Virus record (IMG/VR): IMGVR_UViG_3300021962_000041
Coordinates: 32,001-96,000 of that record
Length of the DNA stretch: 64,000 bases
From: a virus
Strand: one strand, 5' to 3'
A program made the position numbers and the translations under genes. Every line of letters begins with the position of its first letter. The first letter of the stretch is position 1. Below, piece after piece: positions 53,202 to 62,147 of this stretch. The notes beneath the pieces were generated by a model, which was not told the DNA's origin, searched no databases, and worked only from the letters and a program-made list of their open reading frames with translations.

Positions 53202-56200
53202 TCAATCTGATAATAAACCCCTTTCTCTGGCAATATTTTCTAGTCTTTCAACTTTATGGGTCAGTTCCTTAATTGATTCAATTAGAAGTGGAGTTATCTT
53301 GTGATAATCAACACCGAGATACCCATTATCTCTTTCTTTGACTGCCTCTGGAAGTACTTTTTGAACTTCTTGTGCAATCACACCAATATCAAGACCCTCT
53401 TTACCAGACTTTTCATTCCAAGTATAAGTATTACCACTCAGTGCATTAACTTTTTCAAGAGAATTAGAGATTGGAGTAATATTGTCCTTTAATCTTTCAT
53501 CAGAAGTAAAGAATGCAGTGATATCCCCAGATACTGTTAAAGCACCGGTAATAGCAACTCCACCAGTTTGAGTTTCAAGTTTTTTAGCATCATCATAATA
53601 AAGTTCTACTGCTCCATTTGCTAGTGCTCTAACTCCACTTTCTGTACCATTTGGTCTTATAAAAACATTTGTACCAGTTAAATATAAGTCACCAGTTCCA
53701 CTTTCACTAACATAACTATTTGCCCCATCATGATAGATTTGTAAATCATTTGCGTCACCAAGATTGATGATGCCATTATCTTTGAGATATAAGTCCGAAC
53801 TAGATTCAATTCTTAAATCACCACCAATGTATAACTTCTTCTTAATTGCAACACCACCAGTAAAGATAACAGATGCTGTATCAGTCGGTGTTACACCAGT
53901 TGCTTCCGTTACATTTGTATACAGAGATAGACCAGTTACCTTATGAACACCATTAGTCGTTGTATTACTATTGAATTTCAGTTCCTTATTAAAGCTAACT
54001 GGACCATCAAATTGAGATAGAACTGTACCAGAAGAACCACCTTCAACAATAATTCTTTCCTTGGCAACAATTTCATCAAAGACAACACTTAATCTAGATG
54101 AATCTTGTCCTGCAGTTGTTGGAATTGGAATATCAAAAGTCTTCTGAGTTCCAGATGAAGATGCATATTTGGTATTTCCTACAAAGAAGTCACCATTACC
54201 ATTCATTCCTGTGTAGGCAACATTACCACAAGACCTTTCTTGTGATTGTACCAAGAAGTCTTCTCTTTCACTTAGAGTTTTAACCTGAACCTGTGGTAAA
54301 CCGGTTGAATAGTTACCAGGACCATAACCAAGATATTCAAATGTATGTCCAGAAGCACGAATAATTGAAGGTCTACGAGTTTCAATTGCAATTGGTTTAA
54401 TCTTTCTAAGAATTTGACCTGTAGAATGATTTTCTCTAGGAGTTCCTAAAGCACCACGGATAACACTAATTTCATCCAATCCAGAACCTGTTAAAGCACT
54501 GGATGTAATTCTCATGATCTCATTTCCAGATTGAATATAAGATCCCATTGGAAATCTAGTGACCGTACCAATACCAGAACTCTTAGTTTGTACTTTAAGA
54601 ATTGATTCTGTAGTTATACCAGCCTTAAGAATTAAATCATCACCAGCATAGAAAGATAATCCCCTTGCACCAAGATTCTCAAAAGAACTATCAGAAGTTA
54701 CGGCACCAGCAACTAGACCAAGATGGAAAACATAAGTTGGAGATACTGATGCATTTGTTACTGCATTAAATGTATTGACTCCAACCCTTTCTCTAACAAT
54801 ATAATCACCAATAACATTATTAGTGGATCCAACTAATCTAAATTCTTCTCCAGCAACCAATCCATGAGAGAATGCACATGTAAATGTTGTTATTCCACTT
54901 GCAGAATCGTATACATTTGAAGATACATTAACTGCTGGACCAACATTAATTGTATATTGACCAGAAATAATCTTTGGATCTGATGATGTGATTGGGAAAG
55001 AAAGTTGATTCTTGGCAGGAACCGACGTAATTCTAAAGAATCCATCAGAGGTAGTGCCAATACCAGTCACATGTAGAACATCACCAATATTTGTGTTAAT
55101 ACCAGCAGTTGTAATCGTTATTTTTGCGCCAGTTCCACCACCTAAAGCAGTGCTATCAAAATCTAGAGTTTCTCCATTTGTATATTGAGATCCACCATGA
55201 GTAATAGTTGCGGCAGTAACAACTCCAGAAGCAACTGTAACTCTTGCGAGAGCACCATCCCAGTTTAAAGTTGTTGTATTATAAAGTTTTACATTATGAT
55301 AAGTGCCACTTTGGGTATATCCAGATCCTGGTATTAGTGTACTATAAGTTGCAATACCACCATATCCGTGGTTTCTATCAAGAGTAATCGTTGCAACACC
55401 AGCAGTTGCAGTTGTAAAGAATGTTGTTAATCCAACAATTTTTAATCCTACACCCAAATCTTTCAGAGTTTTGTCAATACTTTCTCTTGTAATACTCTTC
55501 GAGATATCATTTGTAACAACTTCACCTAAAGGACTTCTCTTGGCATAACTTTGAGTCGATTGTGGATTATCATCAATATTATCCTTATCACTTTGTGGAT
55601 ATAAATCAGTAATATTTTGATTATACTTCAGATTGGTGAATTCAGTCTCGATAGCGTTTGATGAGTTAAGAACATATAGATGATAAATGCCATCCTGAAT
55701 GTCTTGAATATATGGTTTAATAACTTCACTTCTATAAACATAGAGATTTGACTTTAGATCATTTCTTTCAAATCTAGGTAAAGCGGTTGTTCTAGAATTA
55801 ATGTTGCTGTTAAAAGTTCCAACACCATGAACAACTCCCAGAACATCGGTAGTTGTATATCGGAACTGCATGTCATCAACGAGTTCTGTGACTGCAAAAG
55901 TTCCATTAAATCCAATATTATTTGTTGCTTGTGGGTTTGTAGTACTAGCAACGTTTTTGATATTTACAATGTCACCTACATTTAAATTATGAGGTAAATC
56001 ACAAACAACAGTGATAGTATTGGAAGCAACTGTACATGTTGTAATGAATCTTGGATTTCTATTATATCCATAATCATTTTGTCCAATAGTTGCCAAAGAG
56101 AAATCTGTATTTCTTCTTGCACCAGTGTTACTAGATTCTTGAATTACATAACCATCTGTTGGGTCTTTAGCATTAACGGATTCTTTAGGAATGACGAGAC

Positions 56201-58592
56201 GAACTTTATAAAGTTTTTCATCAAGACTTCTATCATCATCAATTCTCTTGATATATGAAATATCGGTTCTTTCAGTTAAACCAGCAACTCCTTGTGTGTT
56301 AATCTCACTGAAAATTGAATTACCAGACGCTGAAACATGAACAAACCAATTCTTTTGAATTGGGTCAAACTGAACTGGAGATCCAAGATCTCCACTATTC
56401 TTATCATTTACTCTACTTTCAATTCTAAGTTGCTTACCACCATAAATTGTCAGAGAAGTTCCATTGTCAGCGTTTGTTTTTGATGAAGCAATTTTGATCT
56501 TTTCATTATCAACTTTAATCGCATAATATAAAGTATTTTCTACAATGTTTTGTGGAAGATCTCCATTATCACTGAAAATTCTAATTGATTCACCAGTTTG
56601 TAACTTATGTGGTTGTTGAGGTGTTCCAATGGTTAAAACACTATTAACAATATCTGATATGACTCGATAAATTTTTCTATTTGTAGTTTGTCCAAAAGCA
56701 ACTGTTGCTCCAACAGCTACCGTATTATCCATCATGCAAATCGTTGCATTTCTGATAACACCCTGACCAATATCTAGATAAAGTTGATCATTTGTTTTTG
56801 CACCAACTCTATATCCTTGAAGGATAATAGGTGGTTTTGCATCAATATCAGTATATCCATAAAGATAAAGATGACTAGAAAGACCAACATTTTTAGTTAG
56901 TGCTACATCTAAAGATGTCCAGTCAACATTGAATTGTGGATTTGTAATTGCTCTTGGTCTAATAACCGAAGTAATATAACCATGGTTATCTTTAGCAAAT
57001 GCCTCTTTCTTAAATCCTTCTGCAGAAAGGGAAATTTGTCCAAAGTTGGAGTTAGAGTTGGTAATCGATCCATCACCACCAGATAAAGAATCAAAGTGCT
57101 TGTTGAATCCGATTGCGAATACAGAAACGATCTGAACGAACGCATCGTTCGACATCTTAATGTGACTAGTTTCCCAACCTGGTCTGTAGATAGAATCTGA
57201 ATCTAGGTGATAAACAGTTGCTGGATTGGTTGATGATGAACCAGATGAAAGTTCTGCACCTTTTACAGGAGTAATCGTCAAAGATTCATAAAGTCTAGAG
57301 GTAGAATTATATCTTGCAAATGCTCTATCGTCTTTTTGAAGTGAAATAGCAGTAAACTGGGCAACAACCATCGAACGGAAACCAGCCGCCTTGCTTCCAT
57401 CGGCGTGCATACCCTGCATACCCCAAACAGATCTCAACGATACGTTGAAAACATATGGAGATGCACCAGATACTGTATCAGTTTCAACTGTAACTGTTGA
57501 TCCAGAAATAGTAGGAGTAGCAGGTAAGTTAACTCTTACAAATGGTAAGAGATAAGTAAAGGTTGTTGCATTAAGTACCGATTGTACTTTAGTAGAAATA
57601 TTATAATCAACTGGGTCAACACCATCAATCTTAATTGGTGTTCCAGAAGTAAGATTATGAGGAACCGCTGTTGAAACAGTTACGATTGTACCAGGAGTAA
57701 ATCCATCTCCTGAATATACTTCAGTAATATTGAGTGGATCTGATGCAAAGGCACCAACAATTTCATATTCTGGACGTTGCTTTGCAAAACCTAGTGGTTC
57801 TGTTGGATATTTCTGATCAATATCTCTACCAGATGCAGCATTAAATGCATTTGATAGTTTGCTATAATACATGTCAAGATCAGTGAGAGCATAACCAGAA
57901 GGAATGGTTACACCATCAGCATACTCAAAACAAGTTAGTTTGTGGTGAGAGAATGTTGGTTTTGACTGATTATTCGCAGAGAAATCAACAGGATCTGTAT
58001 AAACAAGACCAGAATCATCACCATCAAACATGGAGAATTGCCAGAAATAGCAAGCACCAGTAATTCTGAACAGTGCAGAAGATTTTACAGCAGGGTCTGT
58101 AGGATTAGGAACATATTTTGCACGAATCTTGGTTTTTCTTAGGTCAAGTCCAACAATAGAGGTACCACGAGGAACAATAACACCACCATAGATACTATTA
58201 AACTTATAAAGAATATTATCTCTTTGAGTAAGGTCAAAGTTGGATGATAAATTTAGGGTTAAAGTTTCTTGTGCCGATGTTTCTGCACCAGAAGTAGAAA
58301 CAGCAGTTGCAGTTCCATTTACATCTTTGATTGCAAAACCAGGTCTGTTATCGAGAACATGCTCACCTGGGAAAAGTAGAATGGTGGTTTTTTCTACTAA
58401 ATCATTATTTCCACCTCTCACATATGAGAATCTTGCGGATTCGAGAAGTGCTCTTTGAATTGTTTTAAATGGTTTGCTCAGAGAATTACCTTGATTCTCT
58501 ATAGCATCAGTAGCATCAATGTCGTTGGGGTTGACATATAGTATTCTACCTTCCGTATTCTTAACGAAATTCTCTAACTTATTGAGAGGCAT
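53202..58592 (-). CDS. Large tail fibre/spike protein with C-terminal intramolecular chaperone (peptidase S74)
   Basis: N-term YVNP..G.S..KPFKTIQRAL; C-term SDERLKDNI..IGVIAQEVQKVLPEAV..VDY; ATAAATA at 58622-58628. Confidence 0.85.
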   Translation of the reverse strand: MPLNKLENFVKNTEGRILYVNPNDIDATDAIENQGNSLSKPFKTIQRALLESARFSYVRGGNNDLVEKTTILLFPGEHVLDNRPGFAIKDVNGTATAVSTSGAETSAQETLTLNLSSNFDLTQRDNILYKFNSIYGGVIVPRGTSIVGLDLRKTKIRAKYVPNPTDPAVKSSALFRITGACYFWQFSMFDGDDSGLVYTDPVDFSANNQSKPTFSHHKLTCFEYADGVTIPSGYALTDLDMYYSKLSNAFNAASGRDIDQKYPTEPLGFAKQRPEYEIVGAFASDPLNITEVYSGDGFTPGTIVTVSTAVPHNLTSGTPIKIDGVDPVDYNISTKVQSVLNATTFTYLLPFVRVNLPATPTISGSTVTVETDTVSGASPYVFNVSLRSVWGMQGMHADGSKAAGFRSMVVAQFTAISLQKDDRAFARYNSTSRLYESLTITPVKGAELSSGSSSTNPATVYHLDSDSIYRPGWETSHIKMSNDAFVQIVSVFAIGFNKHFDSLSGGDGSITNSNSNFGQISLSAEGFKKEAFAKDNHGYITSVIRPRAITNPQFNVDWTSLDVALTKNVGLSSHLYLYGYTDIDAKPPIILQGYRVGAKTNDQLYLDIGQGVIRNATICMMDNTVAVGATVAFGQTTNRKIYRVISDIVNSVLTIGTPQQPHKLQTGESIRIFSDNGDLPQNIVENTLYYAIKVDNEKIKIASSKTNADNGTSLTIYGGKQLRIESRVNDKNSGDLGSPVQFDPIQKNWFVHVSASGNSIFSEINTQGVAGLTERTDISYIKRIDDDRSLDEKLYKVRLVIPKESVNAKDPTDGYVIQESSNTGARRNTDFSLATIGQNDYGYNRNPRFITTCTVASNTITVVCDLPHNLNVGDIVNIKNVASTTNPQATNNIGFNGTFAVTELVDDMQFRYTTTDVLGVVHGVGTFNSNINSRTTALPRFERNDLKSNLYVYRSEVIKPYIQDIQDGIYHLYVLNSSNAIETEFTNLKYNQNITDLYPQSDKDNIDDNPQSTQSYAKRSPLGEVVTNDISKSITRESIDKTLKDLGVGLKIVGLTTFFTTATAGVATITLDRNHGYGGIATYSTLIPGSGYTQSGTYHNVKLYNTTTLNWDGALARVTVASGVVTAATITHGGSQYTNGETLDFDSTALGGGTGAKITITTAGINTNIGDVLHVTGIGTTSDGFFRITSVPAKNQLSFPITSSDPKIISGQYTINVGPAVNVSSNVYDSASGITTFTCAFSHGLVAGEEFRLVGSTNNVIGDYIVRERVGVNTFNAVTNASVSPTYVFHLGLVAGAVTSDSSFENLGARGLSFYAGDDLILKAGITTESILKVQTKSSGIGTVTRFPMGSYIQSGNEIMRITSSALTGSGLDEISVIRGALGTPRENHSTGQILRKIKPIAIETRRPSIIRASGHTFEYLGYGPGNYSTGLPQVQVKTLSEREDFLVQSQERSCGNVAYTGMNGNGDFFVGNTKYASSSGTQKTFDIPIPTTAGQDSSRLSVVFDEIVAKERIIVEGGSSGTVLSQFDGPVSFNKELKFNSNTTTNGVHKVTGLSLYTNVTEATGVTPTDTASVIFTGGVAIKKKLYIGGDLRIESSSDLYLKDNGIINLGDANDLQIYHDGANSYVSESGTGDLYLTGTNVFIRPNGTESGVRALANGAVELYYDDAKKLETQTGGVAITGALTVSGDITAFFTSDERLKDNITPISNSLEKVNALSGNTYTWNEKSGKEGLDIGVIAQEVQKVLPEAVKERDNGYLGVDYHKITPLLIESIKELTHKVERLENIARERGLLSD

Positions 58593-58624
58593 CTGCTTAT
58601 TTTCAAAATATTTCTATGATTTAT

Positions 58625-58945
58625 TTATCCCATTAAATCTTCCTCATCATACTCAAATTCAATATCATCTGGCATATCTTCAGGGTTCTCTAACTCAACT
58701 GGAAAAAAACAAGGATGCACTTCTTCGTCAATTAAGTAAAAAGAGTTTCTATATAAGTCTTCTGGTTCGAAAGATCTATTCTGATCTGCTGCTCTACAAA
58801 GATCCTGATCGTATAAATGTCCATCTGGCATTTCATCAAACGTAAAAGGTATATGATTGATGAAATACATTTTCACAATCATACTACCATTATTGTACCA
58901 GCAGTATGCGTGATCGATACGATAAGACATAGGAAAAATTCCCAT
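58625..58945 (-). CDS. Hypothetical protein (acidic)
   Basis: 106-aa ORF with ATAAATA upstream (58952-58958). Confidence 0.75.
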   Translation of the reverse strand: MGIFPMSYRIDHAYCWYNNGSMIVKMYFINHIPFTFDEMPDGHLYDQDLCRAADQNRSFEPEDLYRNSFYLIDEEVHPCFFPVELENPEDMPDDIEFEYDEEDLMG

Positions 58946-58962
58946 ATCTTATATTTATTTTA

Positions 58963-59035
58963 TACCCGTGGTCGGATTCGAACCGACACTGGAAGGATTT
59001 TAAGTCCTCTGTCTCTGCCGTTGGACTACACGGGC
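58963..59035 (-). tRNA. trnL: tRNA-Leu(UAA), short variable loop
   Basis: GCCCGTG/CACGGGT acceptor stem, anticodon arm GAGGA-CTTAAAA-TCCTT, TTCGAAT T-loop; no encoded CCA. Confidence 0.9.
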
Positions 59036-59040
59036 TTAGG

Positions 59041-59113
59041 TGCTCCTTGCGTGGATCGAACACGCCTCAGGCGAATTATGAGTTCGCTGCATTCACCAGA
59101 TTGCTAAAGGAGC
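59041..59113 (-). tRNA. tRNA with CAU anticodon (Ile2-type or Met)
   Basis: GCTCCTT/AAGGAGC acceptor, GCGAA-CTCATAA-TTCGC anticodon arm. Confidence 0.88.
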
Positions 59114-59115
59114 AA

Positions 59116-59188
59116 TAGGAGTGCTGGGAATTGAACCCAGACTACCCCGTTATAAGCAGGGCGCTCTGACCGATTAAGCTACACTCCC
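59116..59188 (-). tRNA. trnI: tRNA-Ile(UAU)
   Basis: GGGAGTG/CACTCCT acceptor, CCCTG-CTTATAA-CGGGG anticodon arm, TTCAATT T-loop. Confidence 0.88.
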
Positions 59189-59362
59189 TCAAGGGGCTTC
59201 GTTGTTTAACTCAGTGTGTATTCGTATCAGTTCGTCATCAGCGGGCATCATCATTGCTGCCTGCCCGTATTTGTTGACAATGCCTAAACTTTCTCCATTC
59301 TCAACTCGTTCCATAAGTTCATCGAACCTCTCTTGAAACTCTTCCACTGTGAAAACTTCCAT
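59189..59362 (-). CDS. Phd/YefM antitoxin-like small protein (57 aa, not in track)
   Basis: Manual translation MEVFTVEEFQERFDELMERVENGESLGIVNKYGQAAMMMPADDE... Confidence 0.65.
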   Translation of the reverse strand: MEVFTVEEFQERFDELMERVENGESLGIVNKYGQAAMMMPADDELIRIHTELNNEAP

Positions 59363-59374
59363 TTTGACTTTTAT

Positions 59375-59584
59375 TTAGTTGTTGTCCTGACCATAGATGG
59401 CAAGATCAGCATACTCAATCTGTTCAGGTTGAAGTTGACTAGTTACAACATCCAGGACGTTCATGAACTCCTGAACGGTCTCACACTCAACCAGACGCTC
59501 ACTTCCTTGATCACTGAGAAGAAGGAAAGAGCGGGTGCATACATCAATCACAATACCCTGTACGGTTTCTTGTGCGGTGCTCAT
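59375..59584 (-). CDS. Hypothetical protein
   Basis: 69-aa ORF; TTGACA/TATAAT promoter at about 59610-59638. Confidence 0.75.
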   Translation of the reverse strand: MSTAQETVQGIVIDVCTRSFLLLSDQGSERLVECETVQEFMNVLDVVTSQLQPEQIEYADLAIYGQDNN

Positions 59585-59643
59585 GTGGTGTTCCGTTGAT
59601 TACCCTCATATTATAGGGTATCCTGGATCAGGTGTCAAGCGTT

Positions 59644-60621
59644 TTAAGAAAGACTATTGATTGCGGAGATGACCGATGCCTTAGCAGTTGTCTGAGAAGC
59701 GATCTTTCTTTCATGGTTTATAAGGCCCCATGCCTGCAAATCTTTATTTGATTTTTCATCTTTAACGATATTTAAATCAGATCGTAAAGCATCTCTTTGA
59801 GATCGTAAAGATGTAATCTCACTTTGTAATGCAGTAATTGAACTTGCAATAGCAACACATCTTGAAGCAGTAACACTTGTATTTGATGCATAAGGGGCAA
59901 CTCCTGCACCAAAATAATAACGATATGGAATGGCAGCTGAAATAGTTCTAGGATTATGATTTGATTGTGTTGCCGAAATATCTAATCTTGCAATTCCAAC
60001 AGATGTTCCACCATTATCATCTTTTGTATTAACTCGTCCATATCCAGAATATGCAGAAGTTAATTCCTGACTCACATCTGGATTGAATGGATTTACTGCA
60101 TCATAATTTGGCGAAAGTCCTTCAATATTGGTGTAAATTGACAATAAATCTCGATCTTGTTTAAAAGTTGTTTGAGTTGAATAATCTTGATTGAAATTAG
60201 GGGTTGAAAGAGTTGTTCCACCAGACGTTGTTACACTAGCAGCAATGCCTGGCCAACAATTTCCGTTTGTTGCTTCTAAAGATAAGGTAACAATCTGCTG
60301 TTTAATAAAATTAATTCTAGCATTAAACGATAAGATCTTATCATCTACTGTTTTACAAAATTGACGAAATGTTTCTGGTTTTGATTTTGCCTCAGCAAAA
60401 GCATCTTGCTCTGGATCTGTGCGAGAAATTGGTGGAGGTGCTTCATTTTGCTGAACAACCCATTCTCCACTAGCAGATTCTTGTGTTGCTGTTGTGGCAG
60501 TAATAGTTGATGGTATTTCTACACTCGCAGTGTCCTTTTCTCGCTGAGACTTGGCATTAGAATATTGCGATTGTTCTTTTGTTAAAATATCAATAGTACT
60601 TTGTGCTGCACCATCTGGCAT
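59644..60621 (-). CDS. Hypothetical, probably structural protein with coiled coil
   Basis: 325 aa; lies in the late module. Confidence 0.7.
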   Translation of the reverse strand: MPDGAAQSTIDILTKEQSQYSNAKSQREKDTASVEIPSTITATTATQESASGEWVVQQNEAPPPISRTDPEQDAFAEAKSKPETFRQFCKTVDDKILSFNARINFIKQQIVTLSLEATNGNCWPGIAASVTTSGGTTLSTPNFNQDYSTQTTFKQDRDLLSIYTNIEGLSPNYDAVNPFNPDVSQELTSAYSGYGRVNTKDDNGGTSVGIARLDISATQSNHNPRTISAAIPYRYYFGAGVAPYASNTSVTASRCVAIASSITALQSEITSLRSQRDALRSDLNIVKDEKSNKDLQAWGLINHERKIASQTTAKASVISAINSLS

Positions 60622-60648
60622 TTTTTACACCTACAAAATCAATTATTT

Positions 60649-61548
60649 TTATTTAGTTTGCTCTAGATCAGCAATTCTTTTCTTTAAATCTTCAATCTGT
60701 TGCTGCTGCTCCTTCATACCCTCAATTAAAAGTGCCACGAGATTTTCATACTTAACACCTTTGATCATCATTTTTTGAGTTTTTGTTGCTAGATCAGGAT
60801 CATCAAAAACTGGAGCATTTGGTATGATTTCAAATTCTCTCACAACTTCTGGTACAACTTTTTCCACATCTTGTGCAATAACACCAATTTCTCCATTTGG
60901 ATTTTCTTGTGCTTTTTCTGGCCAAAGATCTTCTTTCCAATTAAAAGAAACTCCTTGCAACTGAAGAATCTTATCTAGAGCATTTTCTAATGGTTCAATA
61001 TCTTTTTTTAAATTAAAATCAGAAGATGGGCAAGGAGCACAAATAGGAGCACCATTATAAGTCCAAGTTCCAGTTAATGCTCCTGTTGCAGTATTAATAG
61101 TAATTCCGGATGCACCTCCACCAATTTCAACCAATCCACCATTAAGGTCTATTCTTGCTGCATTTACTGTATAGTTTGGAGTACAAGTATTATCTTCGGG
61201 AACTGCTTTTCCTCTAAATGCATTCAATCCCTGCATAACAGCAGAAAGAGAAATATCAGATGCTCCAATAACAGTATGACTTCCAATTGTTATATTTGAT
61301 CCAACTGTACAATGAGTTCCTGTGAATAATCCTAACCCTAGGAAATTAGTTGTTAAAGGTTTATCTAAGCAAGGTCCTGCAGCAAGAGCTGCTGTTCCAT
61401 ATAATGCAGTTGATCCACTTCCAAAATATCCAGCATAAATTGAAGCTGTACCAGGTACTAAACTGCGAAGAAACTTTGGAAGAACTACAGCAGTGTCAAA
61501 TAATGGATGAGTGACACTAAAACTAAAAACGTCTAAATCGTCGAACAT
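60649..61548 (-). CDS. Spike/fibre-like protein with C-terminal S74 intramolecular chaperone
   Basis: SDFNLKKDI..GVSFNW..IGVIAQDVEKVVPEVV..VKYENL. Confidence 0.8.
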   Translation of the reverse strand: MFDDLDVFSFSVTHPLFDTAVVLPKFLRSLVPGTASIYAGYFGSGSTALYGTAALAAGPCLDKPLTTNFLGLGLFTGTHCTVGSNITIGSHTVIGASDISLSAVMQGLNAFRGKAVPEDNTCTPNYTVNAARIDLNGGLVEIGGGASGITINTATGALTGTWTYNGAPICAPCPSSDFNLKKDIEPLENALDKILQLQGVSFNWKEDLWPEKAQENPNGEIGVIAQDVEKVVPEVVREFEIIPNAPVFDDPDLATKTQKMMIKGVKYENLVALLIEGMKEQQQQIEDLKKRIADLEQTK

Positions 61549-61553
61549 AATTT

Positions 61554-62147
61554 TTACTTACAACTTTCTGTTACACCAGCAATAACATCGGCAAAAGGAA
61601 TGCCAAGACTTTTTAATAGTGTAGATAATGGAGATCCACCTTTTTGAACTTCACCAACAATATTAATAAAATGATCGGTTACAATATTAACTTCAGCAGT
61701 TCCCTTGATACAAACTTTAGTTCCAGTTAAAGTTAATTGTTCTCCACTATGAACAACAACTGCTCCATTTGAAGACAACATGAAGCATCCGTTGGTTTTC
61801 TTTTCACCTTGAGTTTCAATGTACATATTTTTACAAAGAAACTTGATATTTCCACCTTGAGCATTAAAAACTAGATCTCCAGTTTTAGCATTCAAAGAAA
61901 ATGCAATATCTTCTTTAGATGGTTTATCTCTGTTTTTCTGTAAATTATGTCCACAAGTGATGTGATATGGACCTTGAACGTGCTCCATTTTGGAGCCATC
62001 AGTCTTATATTTAAAGGTTGAATTAGATGCAACAGCTAAACGAAATTGCGTTCCATCATCAGCTTCTTTTGGTCCACCTGGTCCAAAAAACATAATCCCA
62101 TGGGGATTATCAGTAACAATATATTCTGGGGGTCTATTTGATGCCAT
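61554..62147 (-). CDS. Baseplate hub/spike-associated protein (gp5 C-terminal-like)
   Basis: Beta-strand periodicity; directly downstream of the gp5-like gene. Confidence 0.55.
   Translation of the reverse strand: MASNRPPEYIVTDNPHGIMFFGPGGPKEADDGTQFRLAVASNSTFKYKTDGSKMEHVQGPYHITCGHNLQKNRDKPSKEDIAFSLNAKTGDLVFNAQGGNIKFLCKNMYIETQGEKKTNGCFMLSSNGAVVVHSGEQLTLTGTKVCIKGTAEVNIVTDHFINIVGEVQKGGSPLSTLLKSLGIPFADVIAGVTESCK

Noticed and set aside
58963-59188. tRNAs as a prophage attachment site
   Set aside because: No integrase or host genes; both flanks are phage late genes.
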